From contig CAVPGY010000001.1 in the NCBI GenBank assembly GCA_963704115.1, positions 331,062-395,061 of the forward strand: a stretch of 64,000 bases of DNA. Reading direction: 5' to 3'. A program made the translations under genes and the position numbers. Source of the DNA: an uncultured Chloroflexia bacterium (GTDB taxonomy: Bacteria; Chloroflexota; Limnocylindria; QHBO01). Positions 17,956-26,160 of this stretch are shown here, piece after piece; the first letter of the stretch is position 1; the number at the start of each line of letters is the position of its first letter. Below the pieces are notes generated by a model. The model did not search any database, was not told the origin of the DNA, and was given only the letters and a program-made list of their open reading frames with translations.

Positions 17956-19188
17956 ATGATCAAGCTCCTCATCGTCGACGACATCCCGGAGACGCGCGAC
18001 CACCTGTCGCGCCTCGTCGGGCTGGAGCGCGAGATCGACGTGGTCGGCACCGCCGGCTCCGGCGAGGAAGCGATCCAGCAGGCGATGGATCTGCGCCCCG
18101 ACGTCATCGTCATGGACATCAACATGCCCGGAATGGACGGCGTCGCCGCCAGCGAGATCATCGCTGAGCGATTGCCGCTCAGCCCGATCATCATGATGAG
18201 CGTCCATGGGGAGGCGGAGCACCTCAAGCGTGCGATGCTCGCCGGGGCGCGGGAGTTCCTTGTCAAGCCGTTCAGCGCCGACGAGTTCTCGACCTCGATC
18301 AAGCGGGTCTACGAACGCGACATCGCGCGGCGAGAGCAGCTGCAGGCGGGCGGAGCATCCTCCGCGTCGGCGCGCAGCGGTTCGTCGCCGGCCGACGACA
18401 TCGAGAATCACCAGGTCGTCGCGGTCTTCTCGCCGAAGGGCGGGGCCGGCTGCACGACGATCGCGACCAACCTTGCTCTGGCGCTTCGGAAGGAGACCAA
18501 CCAGCGGGTCGCGCTCATCGACGCGAATCTCCAGTTCGGCGACGTCGGGGTGCTGCTCAACCTCAATCCGAAGACCCGCTCCGTCCTCGACGCCGTCGAG
18601 GGCGGGGAGCCCGATCGCGACATCGTCGAGTCGGTCATCGTCGACCACTCGACCGGGATTCGCGTCCTCCTGGCCCCGCCTTCGCCGGAAGGCGCCGACC
18701 TGGTGACCCCGGCCTTTCTGCGCTCGATCGTCGAGATGCTGCGGGAATCCCACGACTGGGTCATCGTAGATCTGCCATCCGGCCTGAACGATCACACCAT
18801 CGGAGTGCTCGACCTGGCCGATCAGGTGCTCGTCGTGGCCGCGCTCGAGATCACCACCATCAAGAACGTCAGGCTCTTCCTCGAGGTGGCCGACCAGCTC
18901 GAGTACGAGCGATCGAAGCTCCGTCTCGTCATCAACCGCTCGGACTCGTCGCAGGGCATTCGCATCGGCGACGTGGAAGCCTCGATCAGGCGCCCGATCG
19001 ACGGCACCATCGTGTCCGACGGACGGCTTGCCGTCCTTGCCGTGAATCGCGGCGTCCCCTTCGTCGTATCCCATCCAGAGTCGCCGCTCGCGCGCGACGT
19101 CACCAATCTTGCCCGCACCGTGGCGGGCGAGATGGCCAGTCCCCAGAACGACCAGTCCGCCAAGCGCGGCCTGTTCGCACGCCGATAG
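17956..19188 (+). CDS. tadZ: TadZ/CpaE: receiver domain fused to ParA/MinD-like ATPase
   Basis: ATG at 17956, 3 nt after the cpaB stop. The REC domain has a full residue set (LIVDD, VIVMDINMPGMDG, MMSV, LVKPF). The deviant Walker A is FSPKGGAGCTTIATNLA. Confidence 0.85.
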   Translation: MIKLLIVDDIPETRDHLSRLVGLEREIDVVGTAGSGEEAIQQAMDLRPDVIVMDINMPGMDGVAASEIIAERLPLSPIIMMSVHGEAEHLKRAMLAGAREFLVKPFSADEFSTSIKRVYERDIARREQLQAGGASSASARSGSSPADDIENHQVVAVFSPKGGAGCTTIATNLALALRKETNQRVALIDANLQFGDVGVLLNLNPKTRSVLDAVEGGEPDRDIVESVIVDHSTGIRVLLAPPSPEGADLVTPAFLRSIVEMLRESHDWVIVDLPSGLNDHTIGVLDLADQVLVVAALEITTIKNVRLFLEVADQLEYERSKLRLVINRSDSSQGIRIGDVEASIRRPIDGTIVSDGRLAVLAVNRGVPFVVSHPESPLARDVTNLARTVAGEMASPQNDQSAKRGLFARR

Positions 19189-19204
19189 TGGAAGGAAGCA
19201 GCCG

Positions 19205-20659
19205 ATGTCCCTGCTGAAGCGAATCGAGCGCGCCCGCCCCGCCGCCGAAGGCGAGGCGGTGCCGGCCGTGCCGGCCGTGCCGGCCGTTGTGAACTCCGAA
19301 GGCGGGTCGAGCCCCCCGGCGAAGACGCCGGATGGCACACCCGCGGTGCCCCCGCCGCCGTCGGCCGGCACGTCCCGGTTCTCCGGCGCCCTGCCAGCCC
19401 GTGAGTCCTTCCGCGAGGCCAAGTTCCGGGTCCAGAACCGGCTCGTCAACGAGCTGGACCCGAAGCTCGACCTCTCGAACCAGGTCGAGGTCCGACGCCA
19501 GATCGAAGGCCTGTTCGGCAAGATCGCCGATGAGGAGGGCCTGGCGCTGACCCGTGCCGAGCGCGTGCGGATGCTCGAGCAGATCACCGACGAGATCCTT
19601 GGCCTGGGTCCGATGGAGCCGTTGCTCCGGGACGAGACGATCACCGAGGTGATGGTCAACGGCCCGCAGCAGGTCTACATCGAGCGCGAGGGCCAGCTGG
19701 AGCTCACCAATGTGACCTTCCAGAACGACGAGCACGTGATGCGCATCATCCAGCGCATCATCGCGCCGATCGGTCGCCGCGTCGACGAGTCGAGCCCGAT
19801 GGTCGACGCCCGCCTTGCCGATGGCTCGCGCGTGAACGCGATCATCCCGCCGCTCTCGCTGGTGGGACCGGTGGTCACGATTCGTAAGTTCGCCGCCACC
19901 CCGTTCACGGTCGACGACCTGATCCGCTTCGGGACGGCCACACCGGAGATGTTCGAGTTCCTCGAGGCCTGCGTGAAGGCTCGACTCAACATCTTCGTCG
20001 CCGGCGGCACCGGCTCCGGCAAGACGACGATGCTCAACATCCTCAGCTCGTTCATCCCGGATGACGAGCGCATCGTGACGATCGAGGATGCCGCGGAGCT
20101 CCAGCTCCGCCAGGAGCACGTCGTGACGCTGGAGGCACGGCCCGCGAACATCGAGGGCAAGGGTGCCATCCCGATCCGCGAGCTCGTGCGAAACGCCCTT
20201 CGCATGCGCCCCGATCGCATCGTGGTCGGCGAGTGCCGATCCGCCGAGGCGCTCGACATGCTCCAGGCGATGAACACCGGCCACGATGGCTCGATGTCCA
20301 CCGGCCATGCCAACACGCCGCGGGACATGCTGAGCCGCCTCGAGACGATGGTGCTGATGGCCGGCATGGATCTGCCGCTTCGTGCGATCCGCGAACAGAT
20401 CTCATCGGCGGTCGACCTCATCGTCCACCAGAACCGGCTGAAGGATGGCTCACGCAAGATCGTGAACATCACCGAGGTCCAGGGCATGGAAGGCGACGTC
20501 ATCGTCATGCAGGACGTGTTCGTCTTCGAGCAGACCGGCGTCGAGGAAGGCAAGATCCGCGGGCGCCTGAAGCCGACCGGCATCCGGCCGCAGTTCGTCG
20601 AGCGCTTCGAGACAGCGGGAATCCATCTGCCGCCGAACATCTTCGGCTCCCCGTTCTGA
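19205..20659 (+). CDS. tadA: TadA/CpaF secretion ATPase
   Basis: ATG at 19205 (MSLLKRIE) after ggaagg. Walker A is AGGTGSGKTT. It also has ECRSAEALDMLQAMNTGHDGSMSTGHAN and a Pro/Ala-rich N-terminal linker. Confidence 0.9.
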   Translation: MSLLKRIERARPAAEGEAVPAVPAVPAVVNSEGGSSPPAKTPDGTPAVPPPPSAGTSRFSGALPARESFREAKFRVQNRLVNELDPKLDLSNQVEVRRQIEGLFGKIADEEGLALTRAERVRMLEQITDEILGLGPMEPLLRDETITEVMVNGPQQVYIEREGQLELTNVTFQNDEHVMRIIQRIIAPIGRRVDESSPMVDARLADGSRVNAIIPPLSLVGPVVTIRKFAATPFTVDDLIRFGTATPEMFEFLEACVKARLNIFVAGGTGSGKTTMLNILSSFIPDDERIVTIEDAAELQLRQEHVVTLEARPANIEGKGAIPIRELVRNALRMRPDRIVVGECRSAEALDMLQAMNTGHDGSMSTGHANTPRDMLSRLETMVLMAGMDLPLRAIREQISSAVDLIVHQNRLKDGSRKIVNITEVQGMEGDVIVMQDVFVFEQTGVEEGKIRGRLKPTGIRPQFVERFETAGIHLPPNIFGSPF

Positions 20660-20678
20660 GTAGTAGGACGCAAGATCA

Positions 20679-21678
20679 ATGACGGCCATGCTGCCCTTCC
20701 TCATCGCCGGCATCGCGGCGCTCGCCGATCGTCGTGATCGCGATCGGTATCGCCATGACCGGCGGGGGCGGCGGAGTCGCCGCGCGCCTCGAACGCTACG
20801 CGTCCGGTCGGGAGCCGGCGGACGACGACTCGTCGGCCGGAGGGCCGCGTCGACCGTCGTCGCCGGGCTGTCGCGAGCGCTCGAGGGCCAGGATCTCGCG
20901 ACTCGGCTCTCGACCGACCTCGCACGCGCGGACCTGAAGATGAAGCCCGCCGAGTTCCTTCTCTTCTGGGGGATGACCCCGTTCTTCTTCGCTGTTCGTC
21001 GCGTTCGTCCTCGGCTTCGTGTTCCCCGGGTTCCAGAACCCGTCGCGTTGGCGGTCTTCGCGCTCCTGGGGCTCTATGCGCCCCGCTTCTACCTCAAGCG
21101 GCGCCAGGCCAAGCGTCTGCAGGCATTCGCCGAACAGCTGCCGGGCACGATCACGCTGCTGGCGAATTCGCTGCGCGCGGGGTCATCGTTCCTCCAGGGC
21201 ATGGAGCTCGTCACGCGCGAGGCGCGACCGCCGATCAGCGAGGAGTTCGAGCGAGTGGTCCGCGAGATGCAGCTCGGCGTCGCGCTGCAGCCGGCGCTCA
21301 ACAACCTCGTCCGCCGCGTGGCCTCCGAAGACCTCGAGCTGATGGTGACCGCGATCCAGATCCAGAGCCAGGTCGGTGGCAACCTCGCGACCGTTCTCGA
21401 CTCGATCGCGTTCACGATCCGCGAGCGTGTTCGACTCCAGGGAGAGATCCAGACCCTGACCGCGATGCAGCGCTACAGCGGGTACGTCATCACACTCCTC
21501 CCCGTCGGTCTCGGCGGCCTGTTGTTCCTCATCAGCCCGTCCTACATCACCGTCATGTTCGAGCGTCCACCCGAGATGATCGGCCTGCCGATGGGCGTGG
21601 TCTTCTTCATCGCGGGACTTCGTCAGCATGGCCGCGGGCTACGTGTTCATCCGCCGCATCGTCGACATCAAGGTGTAA
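20679..21678 (+). pseudogene. tadB: TadB (T2SSF-domain inner-membrane platform), with at least 5 frameshifts in this assembly
   Basis: MTAMLPFLIAGIAAL is followed in-frame by Arg-rich nonsense. The +1 frame gives the expected TM and linker (IVVIAIGIAMTGGGGGVAARLERYASG). There are compensating shifts near 20725/20845 and 20990/21040. The core RQAKRLQAFAEQLPGTITLLANSLRAGSS...LQPALNNL is in frame. The true C-terminus SMAAGYVFIRRIVDIKV* ends at 21678 after a shift near 21620. Confidence 0.75.
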
Positions 21679-21682
21679 TGCA

Positions 21683-22609
21683 ATGGCCGAAACCAACCTG
21701 ATCCTGCTCATCGGCATCATGGCGGCGCTGGCCGTCCTGCTGATCACCTATGGCCTCGCGGCGCGACCGAGCGAGGACGCGGTGCAGGCGCGCCTCTCTC
21801 AGCTCGTCGCCCAGCCGAAGTCTCTCGAAGAGATGGAGATGCAGGCGCCCTTCTACGAGCGCGTGCTTCGTCCGACCATCCAGCGCCTGGCGCGTGCCGG
21901 TCGACGCCGCGAGGGCGGGGTCATCGGTTCGATCGACGCCAAGCTGGAGAAGGCCGGATTCCCCGGTGGGCTGCGCGGTGCCGACTGGATGGGCGTCAAG
22001 CTGCTCTTCCTGATCCTGCTGGGAATCGGCGGCCTCGTCCTCGGCCTGCTCATCACGGGCGGGCAGTTCGCCGCGGCCCTTCTCTTCGCGCTCGGCGGCG
22101 CCGCCGTCGGCTACCTCGCTCCCGAGTTCTGGCTTGGGCGCAAGATCCGAGCGCGGAGCCTGGCGATGACCCTCCAGCTCCCCGACGCGCTGGATCTCCT
22201 GACCATCTCGGTCGAGGCGGGACTCGGATTCGACGCCGCCCTCTCCAAGGTCGTCGAGAAGATGGATGGGCCGCTCGTGGACGAGTTCCGGCAGGCGCTG
22301 GCCGAAGTCCGCATGGGGCGGGCGCGGCGGGATGCGCTTCGGGATGTCGCCACTCGAGCCGATGCGCAGCCCGTCACGAACTTCATCGGTGCCATCGTCC
22401 AGGCCGAGCAGCTCGGCGTGCCGATTGCCAAGGTGCTCCAGATCCAGTCGCAGCAGCTGCGCATCGAGCGCCGCCAGCGTGCCGAGGAAGCAGCCGCCAA
22501 GGCACCGGTGAAGATGCTCTTCCCCATGGTCGGCTGCATCTTCCCGACGATCTTCATCGTCATCCTCGGTCCAGCGGTCGTCACCGTCATGGGCGGCGTA
22601 GGAATCTGA
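21683..22609 (+). CDS. tadC: TadC (T2SSF-domain inner-membrane platform)
   Basis: 308-aa ORF with an N-terminal TM, LQLPDALDLLTISVEAGLGFDAAL..MGRARRDAL, and C-terminal TMs. Confidence 0.85.
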   Translation: MAETNLILLIGIMAALAVLLITYGLAARPSEDAVQARLSQLVAQPKSLEEMEMQAPFYERVLRPTIQRLARAGRRREGGVIGSIDAKLEKAGFPGGLRGADWMGVKLLFLILLGIGGLVLGLLITGGQFAAALLFALGGAAVGYLAPEFWLGRKIRARSLAMTLQLPDALDLLTISVEAGLGFDAALSKVVEKMDGPLVDEFRQALAEVRMGRARRDALRDVATRADAQPVTNFIGAIVQAEQLGVPIAKVLQIQSQQLRIERRQRAEEAAAKAPVKMLFPMVGCIFPTIFIVILGPAVVTVMGGVGI

Positions 22610-22611
22610 CC

Positions 22612-23325
22612 ATGCACCCGACGGTCCAGCCGACCGTCCTCCTGGTCGATGACGATCCGACGCTGCTCTCCGTGCTCTCGCGTCGTGTCGCTCGCGCCGG
22701 GTTCGCGGTGCGCGTCGCGCGCTCGGGCGCGGCCGCGCTGAAGCAGCTGGAGGCGGGATGGCCGGCGCTCCTGGTCGTCGACCTCATGATGCCCGCGATG
22801 GACGGCTTCGAGCTGTGCCGCAGGGTGAAGCGGATGGCCGATCTGCCGATCATCATCCTGTCGGCCGTGGACGAGTCGGAGGCGAAGGTGAGCGCGCTCG
22901 AGACCTACGCTGAGGACTACGTGACCAAGCCGTTCGATCCCGATGAGCTGATCGCGCGCATCCACCGGGTGCTGAAGCGATCGGCGACCGGGAGTCCTCG
23001 CCTGTCACTCGACGGCGGAGATGTCACCGTCGACCTGTCCACGCGGCTTGTCGCCACACCATCCGCATCGCACCAGCTCACCCGCACCGAGTCGCGTCTC
23101 CTCCAGGTGCTCGCCGCGTCACTCGACCGGGTGGTGCCCACCGACGAGATCCTCAGCCGCGTCTGGGCGGACTCGGACGGTGCCGACCCCTCATACCTGT
23201 GGGTGACCGTACGTCGCGTGCGACGCAAGATCGAGGCCGACCCGGACGCTCCACGATTCCTCCTCACCGAGCGAGGGGTCGGCTATCGTCTCAGCTCCGG
23301 ATCAGCAGCCTCGCGCGCCGTCTGA
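22612..23325 (+). CDS. OmpR/PhoB-family response regulator embedded in the tad locus
   Basis: REC domain (LLVDDDPTLL, LLVVDLMMPAMDG, YVTKPF) plus winged helix (LTRTESRLLQVL...VTVRRVRRKIE...LLTERGVGYRL). It starts 3 nt after the tadC stop. Confidence 0.9.
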   Translation: MHPTVQPTVLLVDDDPTLLSVLSRRVARAGFAVRVARSGAAALKQLEAGWPALLVVDLMMPAMDGFELCRRVKRMADLPIIILSAVDESEAKVSALETYAEDYVTKPFDPDELIARIHRVLKRSATGSPRLSLDGGDVTVDLSTRLVATPSASHQLTRTESRLLQVLAASLDRVVPTDEILSRVWADSDGADPSYLWVTVRRVRRKIEADPDAPRFLLTERGVGYRLSSGSAASRAV

Positions 23326-23328
23326 ACC

Positions 23329-24798
23329 GTGCAGCCAAGTGGTCTGTGGCTGCGCATCTTCGTTGGACTGCTGATCGCGGTCATCCCCCCGCTCGTCCTC
23401 CTGGCCGCCGTCCTTCGTGTCGCCGAGCCCCTCGTCGGCGGGGCCAATCCCGCCCTGCTGGCCTCCCTGGTCGTCGTCGGGGCCGTCGTGTGGGCCGGCA
23501 TGATCGGCGTGATCTACGCACGGTCATTGGGCGACACGTTTCGGGATCTGCTCTCCCTCGCCCATCGCGGCGAACACGGGGCGCCCGGCGAGCCCGGGGC
23601 GCCTTCGCAGCGGCTGGCCGCATTGCTCGACGAGCGGAACCGGCAGGTCGGTGCACTGGCCGAGCAGGCCGGGCGGGTGCCGATCGACGACGATCCGGTG
23701 CGTGTCATCCATTCCTTCGTCACGGCCACCGGCTCCGTCATGGGTGACCGTACCTGGCGATGCGCGGTGCTCGTTGCGGACGGCGCGGAGATCCCGACCG
23801 GTGTCTACCACGGCCTGGACGACGAGCGCGGGACGGAGAGCATCGGCGACCTGGAGCGCTGGGCCTCCACGGTGGAGGCCGGGTCGTCGGCGCGCCATGT
23901 TGAGGGGCCGTGGGGCGCATTCACGGTCGTCGCGGTCAGCACCGGCGATCCCGGCGCGATCAGCGCGATCCTCTACGCCCCCTGGGAAGGGAGACCTCCG
24001 CCGACGCGGTCGGAGCTCGATCTGCTGGTACTGGTCGGCCGGCATGCCGAGACGGCGCTGCAGCACTCGCTGCTGTACGCGCGAGTGCTTCGCCAGAGCG
24101 ACGAGCTGAGCCGCCTCGCCGGCGTCCAGGCTGACTTCCTCCGGGGGGTCACCCACGACCTGCAGACTCCACTCACCAGCATCGGCGCCCTCGCGACGGA
24201 GCTCCGGGCCGACACCACGGTGCCGGCGTCGGCGCGCACGGATCTCGAGACGATCGCGCACCAGGCGGATCGCCTCCGCCGCCTCGTGGGCCAGCTGCTC
24301 GTCGCATCGAGACTCGAGGCAGGCGTCTTCGCGCCCCAGATCGAGGTCTTCCACGTCCGTCCACTTGTCGATCGGACGTGGGCGGCGCTCCGAAGCAACC
24401 AGCCCATGACCATGACGGTCGCGGGGACGGCCCACCTGGCCGTGGCCGACCCGGACCGGCTCGAGCAGGTCCTCTGGGCTGTCATGGACAACGCCGTCAA
24501 GTACAGCCCGCCGGAGTCGTCGATCGAGATCTCGATCGAATCCGGCGGCGGTGAAGTGGCGATCACGGTCCGAGATCATGGAGCCGGCATGGACGACGAG
24601 GCGCGGCTGCGCGCGTTCGAGCAGTTCTACCGATCGGCGAGCGCGCGACGCATGGCGCCTGACGGCAGCGGGGTCGGCCTGTACGCCGCGCGAGGACTGA
24701 CCGAGGCGATGGGCGGGTCGATCGAGGTGGCGAGCCAACTGGGTTCCGGGACGGCGATGACGATCCGCGTGCCGGCGGAGCGCAGCGATACCGAGTGA
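23329..24798 (+). CDS. Membrane sensor histidine kinase (HisKA + HATPase_c)
   Basis: GTG start. Two N-terminal TM spans, H-box FLRGVTHDLQTPLTSI, and DNAVKYSP, DHGAGMD, GSGVGLY. Confidence 0.85.
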   Translation: MQPSGLWLRIFVGLLIAVIPPLVLLAAVLRVAEPLVGGANPALLASLVVVGAVVWAGMIGVIYARSLGDTFRDLLSLAHRGEHGAPGEPGAPSQRLAALLDERNRQVGALAEQAGRVPIDDDPVRVIHSFVTATGSVMGDRTWRCAVLVADGAEIPTGVYHGLDDERGTESIGDLERWASTVEAGSSARHVEGPWGAFTVVAVSTGDPGAISAILYAPWEGRPPPTRSELDLLVLVGRHAETALQHSLLYARVLRQSDELSRLAGVQADFLRGVTHDLQTPLTSIGALATELRADTTVPASARTDLETIAHQADRLRRLVGQLLVASRLEAGVFAPQIEVFHVRPLVDRTWAALRSNQPMTMTVAGTAHLAVADPDRLEQVLWAVMDNAVKYSPPESSIEISIESGGGEVAITVRDHGAGMDDEARLRAFEQFYRSASARRMAPDGSGVGLYAARGLTEAMGGSIEVASQLGSGTAMTIRVPAERSDTE

Positions 24799-24938
24799 GT
24801 GACCCCCTGGTAGCCCAAATGGGCTATGGCCCGGGCTGGTACTGGCTGCCTAGTCTGCGTTCGCAAACTGTAAGTTCCCCTGCAAGCAAGCGCCGCTAAG
24901 GTTCGACGCAACGTGATCAATCCATTCGGTGACCTGAA

Positions 24939-25553
24939 GTGCCCATGACTCTCGGAGCCCTGCGAATGCGCAACCGCAAGCTCGATGACTCGAGCGACGG
25001 CGTGGCGATGGTCGAGTTCGGGCTGGCACTGCCGATCTTCATCCTGCTCGTCATCGGTCTGATCGAGTTCTCGCTGGCGTTCAACGCCACCCTGGCGATC
25101 AACTTCGCGAGCCGCGAGGCGGCCCTCATCGGTGCCGAGTCGGGGAACGATGCCATCGCGGACTGCCGAATCCTCCAGACGATCGAGGACAGCGTGACGA
25201 CGCCCGCCCAGGCCAATCGCATCGGCCAGGTGCGCGTCTATCGGGCGGGCATCAACGGCAACGAGATCGCCGCCAACGTCTACGCACGCGGCGGCAACCT
25301 CACCTGCGAGTTCTGGGACGGCGTGGAGACCCAGGAGATCACGGTCAACTACACGCTCCTGGCGGAGGGCTATCCCGTTGCCGGTCGATGCAATCAGCTC
25401 GAGGGCTGTGCGGGCACCCCGCTCGACACCATCGGCGTCGCGATCAACTACACCCACGCGTGGGTGACCCCGATCGCCGGCGTGGTGTCGCTCAACGGCA
25501 GCGGGTTCACCTTCACCAGCTCGAATGCCATGCGCATGGAGCCGGTCCTGTGA
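24939..25553 (+). CDS. tadE: TadE-like pseudopilin / pilus assembly protein
   Basis: N-terminal TadE motif DGVAMVEFGLALPIFILLVIGLIEFSLAF. GTG at 24939, or ATG at 24945. Confidence 0.75.
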   Translation: MPMTLGALRMRNRKLDDSSDGVAMVEFGLALPIFILLVIGLIEFSLAFNATLAINFASREAALIGAESGNDAIADCRILQTIEDSVTTPAQANRIGQVRVYRAGINGNEIAANVYARGGNLTCEFWDGVETQEITVNYTLLAEGYPVAGRCNQLEGCAGTPLDTIGVAINYTHAWVTPIAGVVSLNGSGFTFTSSNAMRMEPVL

Positions 25554-26149
25554 TCGGGCGGCTGCTACGCCGGCGCGCCGCTGATGCCTCGGAGCGCGGC
25601 CAGGCGCTCGTCGAGCTGGGGCTGATCCTTCCCGTCCTCGTGATGCTCGTCGTCGGGACGCTCGAGTTCGGATTCGTGTTCGATCACCACCTGACGCTCA
25701 AGTACTCCACCCGCGAGGGTGCGCGGGCGGGCGCCGCCCTGGCCAATGGAGGCGGCGTCTGCGGGAGCGCGGAGGCCACCGCGGTCGACCAGCGGATCAT
25801 CGCGGCCGTCCAGCGCGTGCTGACGTCGCCGGGCTCGCCGGTGGACATCGGGGAGGTGGAGGAGATCCACATCTACAACTCCGGTGCGGACGGGCAGGAG
25901 CTCGCGACCAACGTCTGGCGCTACAGCGCCGGAATGGGACCGACCGTCGACGGCCTGCCCCTGAACTTCGTCCAGCATTCCGTGGCGTGGCCCGCCTGCA
26001 ACCGCAACAACACGGCGGTGAACACGCAGTCGGTCGGCGTCTCGATCATCTACACCTACGACTACCAGACGCCGTACCGCTTCCTTCTCGGCGAGAACGG
26101 GCTGACGATGACCGATCGCACGGTCATGCAGCTGAACCCAACCAACTGA
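25550..26149 (+). CDS. Second TadE/TadF-like pseudopilin
   Basis: GTG at 25550 overlaps the upstream stop (GTGA). Motif is ERGQALVELGLILPVLVMLVVGTLEFGFVF. Confidence 0.7.
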   Translation: MIGRLLRRRAADASERGQALVELGLILPVLVMLVVGTLEFGFVFDHHLTLKYSTREGARAGAALANGGGVCGSAEATAVDQRIIAAVQRVLTSPGSPVDIGEVEEIHIYNSGADGQELATNVWRYSAGMGPTVDGLPLNFVQHSVAWPACNRNNTAVNTQSVGVSIIYTYDYQTPYRFLLGENGLTMTDRTVMQLNPTN

Positions 26150-26160
26150 GGCCGCAGACC

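Noticed and set aside
24816-24860. Sigma-54-type -24/-12 promoter (GG...GC) in the gap before tadE
   Set aside because: The candidate GG and GC dinucleotides are spaced 10 or 13 nt apart rather than the required 12, and the flanking consensus is poor.
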